Below are positions 1 to 14,690 of a DNA stretch of 64,000 nt, one piece after another (the first letter of the stretch is position 1; each line of letters starts with the position of its first letter). The notes beneath the pieces were generated by a model. The model had not been told where the DNA came from. It did no database searches and worked only from the letters and a program-made list of their open reading frames with translations. The DNA is taken from NCBI GenBank assembly GCA_951406725.2, contig OX597832.1:13454001-13518000 (forward strand). Reading direction: 5' to 3'. The stretch comes from Octopus vulgaris. Its lineage: Eukaryota. A program made the translations under genes and the position numbers.

Positions 1-480
1 ATATAAAATACGGAAAAACAGATTTCATGCAGTAAGAGACCAGTTAAAACAGATGATCATGGCAAAAAGCCAGAAGATTAGATGTGTGAACAGAAAGAAG
101 CAATTCGAGGAGAACAGATTGTTCAAAAATATCCCGAAGCAATTCTTCCGAACTTTAGAAGGAAACAATGAAGAAAATGTTGCTTCTGATGCAAATCCAG
201 TCAAGAAGTTCTCGAGCTGATTGTGGGGAAACAATGTGGCGCATAAAAGGGATACAGTATGGATAGGAACTGTCAAAATAGAATTACAAGGGGGAAAGAA
301 ACAAAGGAAGATTGTCATAAGGTGAAGTGGGTAAAGCGCGTTAATGGAAAGTTCCGGACCTGATGGCATTCATGGCTTCTGGTTGAAGAGACGCCACACG
401 GTGCATGAAAGACTAGCAGCCCAATTGAATGAGTGTGTCCAGAAAGGTACAGTCCCCGCGTGAATGTTGAGTGGGAGGAG
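1..480 (+). mobile_element. Decayed REL-type (R4/Dong-like) non-LTR retrotransposon fragment
   Basis: Broken frames give KQFEENRLFKNIPKQFFRTL and a WK.pGPDGIHGFWLK-like stretch (about 345-390), which resembles the pre-RT motif of R4-like LINEs; frameshifted. Confidence 0.55.
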
Positions 481-513
481 AGGTCATTTTCATAGCATCT
501 TATCCGATGGCCG

Positions 514-574
514 GATAACTGTAGACATGGTGGCGTAGATTTCAACCCAGGCATCCGAAACACGGAGTTTTATC
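514..574 (+). ncRNA. Degenerate type-I hammerhead ribozyme in a short PLE-tail-like island (about 485-600)
   Basis: GATAA-CTGTAGA-...-GAAA-CACGGAG-TT-TTATC. Homologous to the 6885-6947 motif, sharing the ...aataattgtcacatat end, and followed by (TA)n. Confidence 0.45.
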
Positions 575-600
575 ATGGCTACCGAATAATTGTCACATAT

Positions 601-646
<46 letters not shown>

Positions 647-871
647 TATAGATATACCAGTTTTATATCTGTAGATGTCACTTATATCCGTGTGAATATG
701 TATCAGTTTCAATCGCTTTTACGTCAAATATATTTGTGAACAATATATTTGCTGAGGCAATATCGCTTCTCTCAAATTCCCACTTAATTAATTTCGTGTC
801 TAGCATTCATCTTTTTGCAAATAACTAAATGCCTAAGTTTTATTTAATCTCATATTACATCCGTACACACA

Positions 872-1126
<255 letters not shown>

Positions 1127-1876
1127 GTATTGCTGATTATAAACTGAGGAATATCGATATGCATATCTATGTTTTGTGGTTCAAAATTTCAATTAAAATT
1201 TCAAAATGTAAAAATGAAGAAGGAAAAAATATTTTTAAGATTACTTCCATTTCTCACTAATGTCTAAATTCTATACTAGGTATCTTCAATCATATTCTTT
1301 GAAATATTAATTACGATATACTTCATATGATATTTTGATAAACTCTACATGTTATATAGCTAAAATAAAACTCCCGATTTGTAAGTTGAAATGACAAGCA
1401 AAGGAAAAAGAAACACACTTATTTTAAAATTATTCATTGATGGAGTTGTTTTAATTAAAAATTACAAAATATGTAAAATAGAACGCGAAGATATGATTAA
1501 TTTCTATGCGTATCAAAAAACGAATTTAGAAAGAATTTTTGTTATTAAGCAATAGCGCTCTACAGTATATCTTCAACTTGTTTCCGTCATTTTATTGCAG
1601 TTGTGCCGGGGCAAAGTTTTCTATAGGTAAATGGAAGAGATCGACCCGATTCTTATTCTTAAGAGTCGTACTCATTATACAGATCTTGTTTTCGCCGAAA
1701 CTGACAGGTTACATGGACATAAATAATCAGCGTAGTTTGTCAACACAGGTCGTCAAGCTACGGTAGATTCTAATACAAACTCAAGTATCCATACCCAAAC
1801 ATACGAATTTCTTCAAAACTGTTTCAGTCAACAAAATTAAATTTCAAGGCAATAGTAGGATAGAATATACATGCTC

Positions 1877-2793
1877 TATAGGATGTAAGGCGAAAGGTAA
1901 CCCGATTGAATGGTTTATTTTTGTTAAGGTACTAACATAGGCAAAGTGATAAGGATAAAATCTAAAGTATTTAAATAAAATTATACTGTTTACAATATGC
2001 TTCTTAGAAATAAATGCCTTCAAAGATATCCATGTTTCATTTCAGTCAATTCGTAGCATAAATGCAGCAATTGTTGCTTCAAAGATTTTGAGGAACGTAA
2101 TTTCCGGCATCATAACCGAGTGTTGGCTCTCTTTTGAAGTCACATCACATGTGTTGTTATGTAAATGAAGTAAAGTAATCTACTTCGTTCCAAGGATAAC
2201 AGGGAATGTAATTATTTAAGGATTTAGGGAATTAACTAAGCCAATAAAAGAGGTAAAGAAATCACCTTTGAAGAATTATAAGAAAATAAAACTTTGTTGA
2301 CCGCAGGGACGTCGCTAAGCCCCTGCAACGCCTGCAGCCGCAGGGTCCTCCGCAGTAGACGAGACCCGTGTTTAGATCAAAGTACACATATCAGCCAATT
2401 AATTTATTTTGGTTAACTGAAAATTTCAAGCCAGACGAAGAAAAAATACCAAGGTGAACTGTATAGGCTGTGAGGCGAGAGTTAACCCACTTAAATGGTT
2501 TATCATTTAAGGTACTAAAATAGGCAAAATGATAAGGATAAGATCTAAAGTATTTTAAAGAATTGATACTGTTTACGATATGCTCCTTAGAAATAAATGC
2601 CTTCAAAGATTTTCATGTTTCATTTCAGTCAATTCCGAGCAGACATGCAGTAAATGTTGCTTCAAACATTTCGACGAACGTAATTTCCTGCATCATAACC
2701 GAAAGTTGGCTCTCGTTTGAAGTCACATCACGCGTGTTGTTATGCAAATGAAGTAAACTAATCTACTTCACTCCAAGGATAATAGGGACTGTA
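1877..2793. repeat. Diverged ~330 bp direct repeat pair (1877-2210 and 2462-2793)
   Basis: Both copies run from tataggNtgt.aggcga through tagaaataaatgccttcaaagat to aaggataa.aggga.tgta. Confidence 0.85.
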
Positions 2794-4646
2794 TACCTAT
2801 ACGGCACGAATGCCCGGTAAATACTGAACGGAATATTTCGTTTCAGTATACGCTTTCAATATGAAATCATATGGGAAGAGAAACCTCTTGAAAAACATAA
2901 TTTGTAGACGAACACAAGATTCAATCCTTTGGATTGACATAACATCACTTCAGCGAATGAGTGTACGGAGTATTAGGCCGAATAAATAACATAAGAGAAT
3001 TAATTGTTGATTAATTGTTCGGGTTTCTCACAGGCATATGTATCTTCCAAATGAGTGTCCATGTAGCTAAGAAGTCGAAAATTATCGGTAAGCTTGGATA
3101 TGGTATAAAGATGCTGTCTTTCAAGCGTACTTCAAGAATATTTGTGGCTAATAATGCCTCTTGTGAACCAAAGACAAGCAGTACATCACCCTCAATCTAC
3201 AACAAAGTATCCTCCAAAGAATCTGAATTTATTTCTCAGATAATGTTCTTAAAAATCTGCTTATATCTTCTTCCGTTGAAAGTCTTTCATGGGGAAACCA
3301 TGAATGGTTTTAGCCGAAGGAGCAGACTCCTTCACGTATTTCATGAAGACTGCCACTTTTATTGGGAGGTAAAGAAACCAATACCTAATGTGAAGCGGTG
3401 CTAAGGCTCAACACAATGACAAACTAAAACACACACACGTAGGAACACACACACACTCACACAAATATATACATACAATCACACAGGCATGCATGCATAT
3501 ATGTAAATGTATGTATATTCGATGGGCTTCTTTCTGTTTCTACCTAAGCCACGCATAGCGCTTTGGTTGTACATGGGTGCTAAGGCACAACACAAACACA
3601 AACATACACCAGCATTTATATATATATATATATGTACATACATACATACATGCATACATACACACAAAGTTTCACACCCACATGCGCGCGCACACACATA
3701 CGCATACACCCACACCCACATGTATATATATTCGATGGGTGGGCCTCATTCTCATTCTGTCTAACTAATCTACTCATAAAGCTGTGGTTGGCCCAGTGCA
3801 CTGTGCCAGTGTGGCACGCACTGAGACTGAACCCTGAACAATGTCGTAAGAAGGCATACTGCTGACCTGCTGACCACAGAAACACAGCTGCGCCTATATG
3901 CTTATATTCCTGACAAAAACCACGTACGTTATGTCAAATAATTTGAATAATCGATTAAATGAATGCCAATAATTAATTGGTTATATATGCCAACGGCTGT
4001 GATAGGGAAACGACAAACACGGTCTAAGCGAGATTCGAACACTGATAGTAAATAATGAAAACAAATCAGGGAAACGATATTGCTGAGAACTCTGAAGATT
4101 TTGTAAATACAGCGCCGTTAAGCTTACTCAAATCTCTTGGATGCGAAACTATGTACATCACACATAAATATTTATTTTACGCGTATCAATTTCTACTTTC
4201 AGGGCAATTCGTGTAGAGAAAATAAAAATATATTTATATCTTATCTTAAATTGTACTTCAGACATAAATAGTTAATTAAATATCGGGAAGATATTGCTGA
4301 TAAATTTTTATAAATAAATGTTCCTGCTTGATATGTAAGAGAATCCGTTCTGGAATGTCTGTGAGTGTTGCTTTCCCTCGCTCATACATTTCCCCTCACC
4401 ATCCAAGCATAGAAATAATTATAAGTACATACATAACATACTCACGTACATGCATACACAACCAAACGCATGCGTAAACACACACACGTACACACATACA
4501 CAGCTGAGACATTAATCCAATATTTTGTTTATATAGTAAATAATAAAATTTTCTACCATAGTCTATTGTATATGTGTATACACACATATATATATATATA
4601 TATATATACATATATATATACATATATATATATATATATGTATATA

Positions 4647-4692
<46 letters not shown>

Positions 4693-4859
4693 TATACACG
4701 TATATATATACATATATACACATATATAAATACATATATATTTATAAATATATATGTGTACATATATATATATATATATATGTGTATATATATATGTATA
4801 TATATATACATATATACATACACATATACATATATATATATATATATATCCATATATGT

Positions 4860-5620
4860 TTATCTTCTTTCGATTGCTTCCTTCATTCGACTGCGGCCAT
4901 GCTGAAACACCGCCTTTAGTCGAACACTTCGACCTCAAGAGTTACCCTTTGAGAGTCAAGTATTTATTCAATCGCTATCTTTTACCGAGCCACTTGTTAC
5001 AAAGATGTAAACACTCCAGCATTGGTTGTCCAGTGACAGTGGGGGACAAAGACTAACAAACGAATATAAACATTTATATATAGACTAGCAGTATCGCCCG
5101 GCGTTGCTCAGGTTTGTAAGGGAAATAACTATAAAGCATTTTTAGAGAGTTATAGCCAAAAAATAGCAAAAAAATTATGGTAAATTTTTTTTTACTTAAA
5201 AAGGTTGAGTTGCGTCCCCTAGACAGTCTGTGGTTTGTTTCTGATTCTCGACCCCATGTCGATTTTATCGATTTTTTTCAGAACTGGGGGAACTTTTCAA
5301 AATTTTCGCTGCGTTAGTTTTGAATTATGACATTGGGCTATGTGTGTGTCAAGTTTCATCAGAATCGGTTGAAAGCCGTGGTCAGGGTGAGGGTACGAGA
5401 AAACAGACACACAGAAACACGCACAGACAAACTGCCGTTTATATATAGAGAGATGACGCGCTTCTTAAAGTTTCCGCCTATCAATTTCACTCACTAGGAT
5501 TTGGTCGGCTCGAGGCTATAGTAGAAGACACTTGCCCAAGTTTCCACACAGTGAGACTGAATCCGGAACCATGGGGTTGGGTCGCAAGCTTCTTCCCACA
5601 GAGCCACTCTTGCGCCTATG
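4860..5620 (-). mobile_element. tRNA-derived SINE family A, interrupted by a Helitron
   Basis: 3' part gactgcggccatgctg...ccgcctttagtcga and 5' part cttgcccaag...aaccatggggttgg...cttgcgcct match the copy at 37939-38437. Confidence 0.85.
5085..5453 (-). mobile_element. Non-autonomous Helitron (~370 bp)
   Basis: On the - strand it starts A|TC and ends CTAG|T, with a GC-rich hairpin (cctgagcaacgccggg) just before CTAG. Near-identical to 53762-54142. Confidence 0.85.
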
Positions 5621-5699
5621 CCTATATCAATATAAATATGCTTGTTCATATATTTGTACATATAAGTATGTATAAATGTATACAAAAGCACACACACAC

Positions 5700-5750
<51 letters not shown>

Positions 5751-5755
5751 CATAC

Positions 5756-5819
<64 letters not shown>

Positions 5820-6150
5820 ACAGACATACACATACATGTGTATGTAGATGTATATAGGTGTTATATATGTGCGTGTGGGTCACTGTGTGTGGAAATATAC
5901 GTATAATAACTAAACTATTTGCATGCAAAGTACAAGGATATTGAAATAAAATATGATACCATGTTTATATTGTAATTTCCAATAATGGTTCTGCCACAGG
6001 AAAATAGTTTATATAACGAGATTAAAATGTGATCAATACTTTGTATACACAGGTAGATATATCTGTATGTAGGGTGTGTCATTGTGTCACTTCATCTTTA
6101 GTTTGAAATTTTCCAAATGCATAAATATAGACATACATATGTACATATAC

Positions 6151-6207
<57 letters not shown>

Positions 6208-6210
<3 letters not shown>

Positions 6211-6442
6211 TCTGTTACTTTGTTAGGTTACAGCCAGTATTGGACCAGGCTATGTCTAAGTAGCACAAACCGGCAAAGTTAGTGGAATCAGGAACCAGAA
6301 AATAAGGCACACTCTAGAAGAAAGTTATTGCTTATGGAGACATAGCCATCTGTAGGAGGGTTATCCTCCAGGATTCTATGAAGGAATTTGTCCATAGAAC
6401 TCTTGAACGTAATGCGATCTGACGCCAACTTTTAAAATAAAC
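6208..6442. repeat. Short (TA)n-flanked repeat, family D (second copy 19105-19315)
   Basis: Shared actttg.taggtt..gcca.tattgg.ccaggc.atgtctaa ... gttattg.tta..gagacata ... tgaaggaat.tgtcca ... tcttgaac. Confidence 0.7.
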
Positions 6443-6488
6443 ATATATATGTATATGAATATACATATGTATGTGTATATGTATATGA

Positions 6489-6544
<56 letters not shown>

Positions 6545-6561
6545 TTTTTTCTCTCTGTGTA

Positions 6562-6599
6562 TCTTTCTGTTGAAGAGCGTAGGCTCGAAACGTTAAAGA
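6562..6599 (+). ncRNA. Variant minimal hammerhead-like motif in a PLE-tail-like island (6545-6700)
   Basis: TCTTT-CTGTTGA-A-GAGC-GTAG-GCTC-GAAA-CG-TT-AAAGA: stems I and II pair and stem III is the palindrome ACGT; core position 6 is U instead of A. Confidence 0.55.
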
Positions 6600-6699
6600 C
6601 TTGTTTTATTTATATTTCCTGAGCGCCATACTAATACAATTGTTTGTTTGTTTCCCACCTGCCTTCGTCTTTTGCCTATTTTCATAAAGCTTCCCGTTA

Positions 6700-6767
<68 letters not shown>

Positions 6768-6884
6768 CATATATATGTTTATACACACCTATACATATAT
6801 ATATTTATATATACGTACATGTGTGTATATATATGTGTGTGTGTGTGTGTGTATGATATAATATGTGACAATTATTTGCTACCA

Positions 6885-6947
6885 TAATAAAACTGCGAGT
6901 TTCGCATGTCAGGGCGGAAAGCTACTCCGGCATCTCGTCAGTTATTA
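6885..6947 (-). ncRNA. Type-I hammerhead ribozyme with canonical core
   Basis: - strand: TAATAA-CTGACGA-GATG...CATGC-GAAA-CT-CGC-AG-TT-TTATTA; 6-bp stem I, imperfect stem II. Confidence 0.7.
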
Positions 6948-7088
6948 AGACAAACAAATATGCTATGAAAACGCCCTTATATCCGAAACGCGAAGTGTTA
7001 ATTTTGGCAACCGAATTATTGCCTAATTGCCACATATATTACAGATACATAATATCGAGATCCCAATCATTGTTTTGTTATGAAGCTA

Positions 7089-7140
<52 letters not shown>

Positions 7141-7863
7141 TATATATATATGCATATATATGAATGTACATGTATGCATATATATATATTTGTATTTGTA
7201 TATATATATGTGTGTGTGTATAGTTACATACATATATATATATATACAAGTATATGTAAATGGGCATACATATATTCGCGCATATATATATATTTATAAA
7301 AATTTATAGTATATATATAACTGTATGGGGTGGTGTGTGCATCGATCTACATATATATGTGTCTCTATTATGTGTCGATCATTGCCAACATGGCTTAACG
7401 TATTCTTTGTTTTTTTTTTTTTAATGTCTGATCCATCAATAAGTATAATGCGTCCGTCACCAACCTTCCACAAAGGTTCATCTCGAAACATTGTAGTGCA
7501 ATGTGTGCAAAAGCTGGATATTGCTTTGACATGTACAATGTGTCCGATGGGTTAATAAAAGTTTTTTTTCTTTTTTTTTTGCATCACGTATTTGATAAGA
7601 TCGCTATAAGCAGGCCATGAGCCAGACATAGGTCACCGGTGAGATACAACACTGCACTTTATCATAGCACACATTCTAACGTATCCTGTGTGTATATGCG
7701 CATATAAATATGTATATTTACGTATTCATAGGAATGTGGGTATGTGTGTGTGTATGGTGCGTATTTATCATATACTATAAATGTGCATGCTCGTATTTAG
7801 GTATATGTATACTCATCTATACATCCATCCATCCACACACACATCTATGTATAACATTATATA

Positions 7864-7915
<52 letters not shown>

Positions 7916-8084
7916 TGTATAAATATATACATATATAACATATATACCTATATATAAACATGAATATATATATATATAGACATTAATATATATGCATATA
8001 CATATATAAATATATACATATATGTATGCGTATATATATAATTATACATGTATATGCATTTATATATATACATGCATATATATG

Positions 8085-8119
<35 letters not shown>

Positions 8120-8829
8120 ATGCGTGTGTTTGTGTGTTTGTGAAATATGTGTGATGTGGTGCTACCTGCTGATTATTGGAGACTTAGATCTTCGGAAAAA
8201 GGAGAAATAAGTTTGGCAGATGTTATAAAATTTATTCCCTTAAGCGCTACTGTAATTGCCTTATATTTCGAATTCCAGTTTCATCATTTTATTCCATGAA
8301 GTAATAAATGTAAAAATACCATCTTCCTGAAATATAAAATTATATATATAAATGGATGTACTGAAGAAAAAAATAATGAATAAAATAGCATTACCTCGCT
8401 ATATCTAATGTTAATTGCTATGTATAACCTGTTGTCATATGGCTGGAAATGGAACGCAAAATTTGCCGAATTTTCATTTATTTATTGAAGTGTCGCGTAA
8501 TTTCGATAATTATATATTTTATAAATTTGCACGAATTTAAAACACACTTCATATTTTCTGACACGCGAAATATGTCGACAGTAGACACGTATGCATATGT
8601 GTTAGAAGACATTCTTCTCAGAGCTTAAATGATTTTGTGAGTTAGTAAGGTGTATGTATTGATATAAGCGTATTCTAAATGCGCACAGAAATATGTACAC
8701 ACAAATACTCACACTCGCATTCTGGCCCGCATACACACATGCACACACACGCACACTCACGCGCATACTCTAACACGTAATATATATATATATATGTGTG
8801 TGTGTGGAGAGAGAGAGAGAGAGAGAGAA

Positions 8830-9075
8830 ACGCATGGCTTAGTCGGTAGGGTGTTGAACTCATGATCGTATAGTTCTGGTTTCGATTCCTGGCTCGGGAG
8901 ATGCGTTGTGTTCTTGAGCAAAACACTTCATTTCATGTTGCTCCTGTCTACTGAGCTGGCAGAAATGAGTGATCGTGCGACGGACCGGCGTCCCGTCCAG
9001 GTGGGGAAAATTTCTACGCCACTGAAAGCAGGAAAACGGCCCTTATGTGCCTGGCATGGCTCGAGAAGGAACATT
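8830..9075 (+). mobile_element. tRNA-derived SINE family C, degenerate
   Basis: A/B-box-like head (tggcttagtcggtag ... ggtttcgattcc); body cgtcccgtccaggtgggga...ctcgagaaggaac matches 40587-40900. Confidence 0.7.
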
Positions 9076-9085
9076 TATTATTATT

Positions 9086-9166
<81 letters not shown>

Positions 9167-9174
9167 TTTTTTTA

Positions 9175-9212
<38 letters not shown>

Positions 9213-9256
9213 ACATACATACGTACGTACATACATACATATATATATATATATAA

Positions 9257-9717
9257 GGGTGAAAAGGAACACACGAGTTGATATATAGTGACAAAGTTTC
9301 ACTAATGTTTTTTTAGAATAACACCTACGCAAATTCCATAAACAAGCCTTTCAATAGAAATATTCTCCTGAATTGATCTGCGACTGCTAGCCGCTACTGA
9401 CCATTCAAAATACGACCATCAGGGCACTCCCAGATTTTCCCACTCCCTTTCCTCATCAGCCTTCTTCTACTTCTACCCTACCAAGAACTCACAACGACCC
9501 CGAACACACAAGTGCAAACAAGGGAGTCAGAGAAAGGCAGAATGCCACTTATACCTGAACACTACTATAGAAATATTCCTTTAAAAAAACTTTTCTTCTA
9601 TTTTTTCTAAATTTAATTATTTAATCGTTACAGTTGAAAAGGTCTCAAAATGACCGAAACCGGTACTGAAATGTTCACTATAAAATTATTTTAGCATTTT
9701 CTATTTTTGACTTGTTT

Positions 9718-9720
<3 letters not shown>
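9257..9720 (+). mobile_element. 3' fragment of a Penelope-like element (GIY-YIG C-terminal relic plus 3' UTR)
   Basis: Relic LRKFHKQAFQ*KYSPEL parallels RLNKETFFIEKYKPRL of the 62 kb element; contains an HHR; (TA)n on both sides. Confidence 0.7.
9631..9668 (+). ncRNA. Minimal type-I hammerhead ribozyme, U3-A8 core variant
   Basis: CAG-TTGAAAA-GGTC-TCAAAAT-GACC-GAAA-CCGG-TA-CTG; palindromic stem III ACCGGT; GUA cleavage triplet. Confidence 0.8.
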
Positions 9721-9782
<62 letters not shown>

Positions 9783-10588
9783 CACCGTTTTACATAAACA
9801 AAATTCAACCGATTGTGGACCTTTTGAAATTTCATATGATTTATATGAGTTGAATGCTTAGGGCTTGTATATTAGTATTAGAATTTGAAGAACACGATTG
9901 TCGCATTGGATCATTTCCAATAATGACTATCTCAATTATCCATTGACGCAGACACTAACGACACACAAAAACTAACATGCACACGTGCACAGACACACCG
10001 TGGCCTTGGGTCAAAGAGTTTTGAAAGTCAATTCCATAGAACCAAAATATCATCTTATTGAATTGATCATTTGGCAGTGCGATAAAAGAATCGTATTGAT
10101 TCCACGGAGAGAAAATATGGAGTAAAACCCGAGGGATATTATTTTTCGAATATTCTTCAGCGTAATGTATTTAGTAAAAAAAAAATATTATCTCATTAGA
10201 TTGTTTTAAAGTCTGGTATAGTTATTGAATAAAGAAACATTTTGGAATAAGACCTATTTTCGATGAATGTCTCAAATTTCAGAAATGTAAAGTATTAACA
10301 TTAACTGTATATAATAGAATTTGACATCAATATGTTGCACAAAATATGTAGGCATTAATTCACAATCGAATGAATTAATAATAGGTGATATTCCTCACAT
10401 TCTGAGTTTAAATTAAAGAAAAAATACAAAGAATGCTCTATTGTTATATGTAATTATATCCCTTTCCGTCACCAATATATATATATATATATATGTGTGT
10501 CTGTGTGTGTGTGCGTGTGTGTGTGTACATGTGTGCATGTTTGTGCGCGCGTGTGTGCGTATGTGTGTATGTATGTATGTATTTACAT

Positions 10589-10621
<33 letters not shown>

Positions 10622-10637
10622 CATGTAGACATATAAA

Positions 10638-11512
10638 TGGGGTGCGGTGGATAAACTGTCGTCTACATTACGTAAAAATATAAATAACACTGACAATTCC
10701 TTTTAACAATTATATTTATTAAAATTACATAAAAATATCATGAAGTATTGAAGAGTTAATTTATTCAATAAAATCACCATTTTGCTTAAACCATGGCATG
10801 CACACGATTTCGGTATTTCTTGCAACTGTTCTGGAAGGTCTCTTTGTTTTAGTTGGTGATTAATGACAATATCTTTGCCCTCAGTTCATCTTTGGTGTTT
10901 GAAGGAGCTTTGTTGGTCTCTCAGTGAACTGCGTTCCACATATAATAACCAAGGCTCTGCAGTTTGGGGAATTAGGTGACCTGATGTTAGAGGCGATGTA
11001 GTCTCAGAAATTGTCTGATAGCCAAGACTGGGTTCTCCTTCTTGCGTAGCATGATGTAGAGTTCTGTTGCCAGACATGGACTCTTTTACCAGCCACTCTC
11101 TTGACCCAGTGCAGCACTAACCCCTCCAGGCACTTCATGTAGGCCTCCGTGCTGAACCTGAGGCTGTGTGTGAAGCAGAATACAGGCATAACTTCGCCAT
11201 CACTAGTGATCGCCCCAAACACCATGATGTTGATTCGAAGCTTGATATTCATCACTCTCGGTACATGTTCTCAGATTTCACTGTCCTCAGATTGACACCC
11301 AAACAGAAGGAAATATTCGTATTGGTGCTTCCAGTGCGATGTCAAGCTGTATAGCATGTCATTTCCAAATTTCTGGCACGGTGAGTTGCGTCATGCTGGT
11401 GTCCTTCTCACGGACGATACCCAACTCCCCCACTATACAGTATAGTCGACAGAAAAAAATAACGCGTTGAATTAAAAATAAAAAATTCTGACAATTTACA
11501 CATCGTACAGAT
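10638..11512 (-). mobile_element. Decayed Tc1/mariner-superfamily transposon (maT/DD37D-like)
   Basis: ORF 11004-11255 reads IMVFGAITSDGEVMP...WVKRVAGKRVHVWQQNSTSCY...TQSWLSDNF, a DDD-domain relic; degenerate TIRs ggggtgcggtggataaactgtc / gacaatttacacatcgtac. Confidence 0.8.
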
Positions 11513-11541
11513 ATATGTATGCATGCATGTATGTATGTGTT

Positions 11542-11586
<45 letters not shown>

Positions 11587-11725
11587 TATATATATATACA
11601 TATAAATATACATACATATAAATTTAAAATTGAGGATAACATCTTTATAAGAAATTATCAGTAGTTAGCGTGAAAAAAGCTATGAATAGTAGTACCCTCT
11701 ATATAATATATACATACATATGTAT

Positions 11726-11797
<72 letters not shown>

Positions 11798-12029
11798 TCA
11801 TATGTATATTTGTGTGCGTGTGTGCGTATGGGTCTGTTTTGTCTGTGTCAATGGATAATTGAGATAATATTCATTGGACATTTTACTATAACTTTATTCA
11901 AAGGCCCATGCGAAGTAAAGTTTTTATGTGTATATCTTCCCCATTTCACGCGACTGTAGGACATTATTTGTTGTTTTTTTTATCCACTACTAGAAATGGT
12001 AACCAGATAATTCTCTCGGTATTAGAGAA

Positions 12030-12940
12030 TGTAATGAAGGTACATAACTCAATCAATTAAATTCTGTTAGAAATTGTAGTCTATAAGAGCTAAGACGTTT
12101 TGAGAAAGACATTTATGAATTTCACAACAGTACAATACTGTAATCTTCTTCAGTGTAGGATCTTCCCACTTAAATGCACTTTTAACATTAAAATCATTCG
12201 TGACAGCACCTTAGAGGTCCATTAAATGTGTCCACGTTACTTGTCACAGCATCCTATATTTTCAAAATTACTGTTTGTTGAGCTTCTTTAGTTTCTGGAG
12301 CAACCAAAAGTCACCGAGAGCAAGTCTATATTGTACATAACGTGAAGAAATGGTTTGATGCCCATATCTGTCAAGTAATCTGCTACTATGCTCGTCGCAG
12401 GAAACAAAATATTCATAATTTTTCACATCTTCAGTTCTTCATGAGCAATTGTGTACAGTTGCCACGACAACTTCATCCTCTATTCCTGTTTTTTATAGAC
12501 CCGCAACGGACATCATACAGGAAATAACGAAATATTTCTACCAATTGTGATCTTCTAACGTCTATCTTCCTCCGACACCTCTCTGAACCCGATCATACCT
12601 GCTCATTTCTCAGTTAGATAGAGTTGCTAAAGCTTTGCTGTTAATTCAGATCATTTTATAATATATTCGAAGAAGTTTCGACCGTTAACCGCGGTTTTGT
12701 TAAAGAGAATAATATTCATTGTAGGTCATAATCTTTTAAGACATACAAAATGTTATGACAGACATTTTCTTATTATCCCAAGCTGGAAAAGTGTTTTACA
12801 TCCTTCGTTCTAATGTATTCTTTCTATTGTCCTCGCATTAAAGTATGCATTGCATATGATATGGCAGCCTACAACTGAGGACCAGCGGTGCAATTCTCTG
12901 AGGCTATCCAGCGCGTGAATAAACTTTTGTAGCTTGTAAA
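12030..12940 (-). mobile_element. Decayed mariner transposase relic
   Basis: - strand near 12280-12330 reads DL...DFWLLQKLKK, a remnant of SPDLAPxDFxLFxxLK; boundaries approximate. Confidence 0.55.
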
Positions 12941-13030
12941 ATTTGTTGTTCACTTCACTCCAAATCTATAAAACTTATGTTTTCGCCGAAATATTCAACA
13001 ATAATTACAAAGAATATGATCACAAACCCC

Positions 13031-13073
<43 letters not shown>

Positions 13074-13588
13074 GCGCACAAACACACATATATACAGAGA
13101 GAGAGAGAGAGAAATGTACATACATACAAACATATATATATATGCATATACGAGAGGATGACCAAACATTCCTGGATTTAAGGGTATCGATTTAAGGCCC
13201 GCACTTCCGAGTTCTTTGGCAGTGCTGAGGTAACCTGCACGACCGCTGCAATAAGTCAGTGAATCTGAGAGTGGAATCTGTTGAATAAAATTTTTTTATT
13301 AACTCACGATACGCCACCGGTATCAATTTAGTACTTGTTTCGATGTTTATGAACCTTTTTGTACTTTTGCTGCTCTTGTTTTATTTTTGAAACTGATCTC
13401 GCTTAACGGTTGTCGTAAAGCTGCACCAAGAACGTTTGCCCGTGTGGAGGTGACCTGCCACACATCGGTCGGATGGACAGACCAAATTGACGTAAGAATA
13501 CACTGCTCACAGAAATATGGAATCAAAGCAAAAAAATGAAAACACCCCCTTACCAAAATGTTAGGTAGAGGCCTTTCCGCCTCTACCT

Positions 13589-13629
<41 letters not shown>

Positions 13630-13849
13630 GAGGAGGGGCAGGAGATACAAAGCACAGTAATTATGGAACTATGCGAATTCTAATATTGCAAACACCATTC
13701 ACAATATTAACAAATGCCCAATTAATACTAAAATCGACAGTCGTGGCTTCGTCTCGGTCGCTAAACTTAATCACGAAAAATTGAACCTAAGAAAAAAATT
13801 AAATGCATGGTACAGAGAGTCTGTAATAATGTAAACCTGACCACTTCCA

Positions 13850-14690
13850 GTGAAATTATGTTAAGTACCACACGCAGAATAATTATTTACGAAACTCTTT
13901 CTACAAAGAACAAAATATTCAGCATATATCCAAAGAACTCATTGAAAAATGTCTTCATCCCATTTGGATAAAAACCTCCTACGTAGCTAAAGGAAAGAAA
14001 CTTGGCGCTGAGAAAGTCCGATTTGGCTCAGAAGAGGAAGCCAAAGAACTATCCACAGTGTCTCTAAAAGTCATCGAACTAGGTCTCCTTCTTACTTACA
14101 TGGGAAAAGAACATCAATGATAAAATTTGGGGAGGTTCCACCAGAGGTTAATACGGTGTAGCTCGTGGTAGCTGTCGTAATGGACCTAGAAAACAGTACA
14201 AGCCACGAAGCTACACCAGCAAAACTGATGGGAACATGTGCTAGAGATTATAAGCCAGGCAGCTCAAAAAGTTTTTGAAGAGATCCCTGATCTCATAAAA
14301 TTTCCCAACGGAACAGCAGTACGAGTTATGGTGAAGGAGCCAAAACCCAAATGCTATAAGTGTAGGAAGAAGTGTCACATTAGAAACTGCTGTCCATCAG
14401 AACTCGCAGCAAACGGCCACCCTCTACCAAACGAAAAATCACAGCTAAACAAGTAGGTCGGGGAAAGTATACCACAGCTGTTACTGCACAAAAACCAACA
14501 AACACAACCCCAGCAGCGAGCAGAAAAGAAGCTCCCAAGGAAGACCAGACACCTACCAACAACATCAATTTGATAGATCTACAAGAGTTATTACTAACTT
14601 TGATTGGAAGTAAGTCAAAACAAATAGAGGAAAACGTAAAAATTCTCAGAGGTGCGGAGTAGATTTCGGGGAGAATTTATACGGAGTGGG
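13850..14690 (+). mobile_element. Decayed LINE ORF1/gag-like relic with zinc knuckle
   Basis: ORF 14238-14456 contains CYKCRKKCHIRNCC (CX2CX4HX4C); surrounding frames are broken. Confidence 0.6.
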
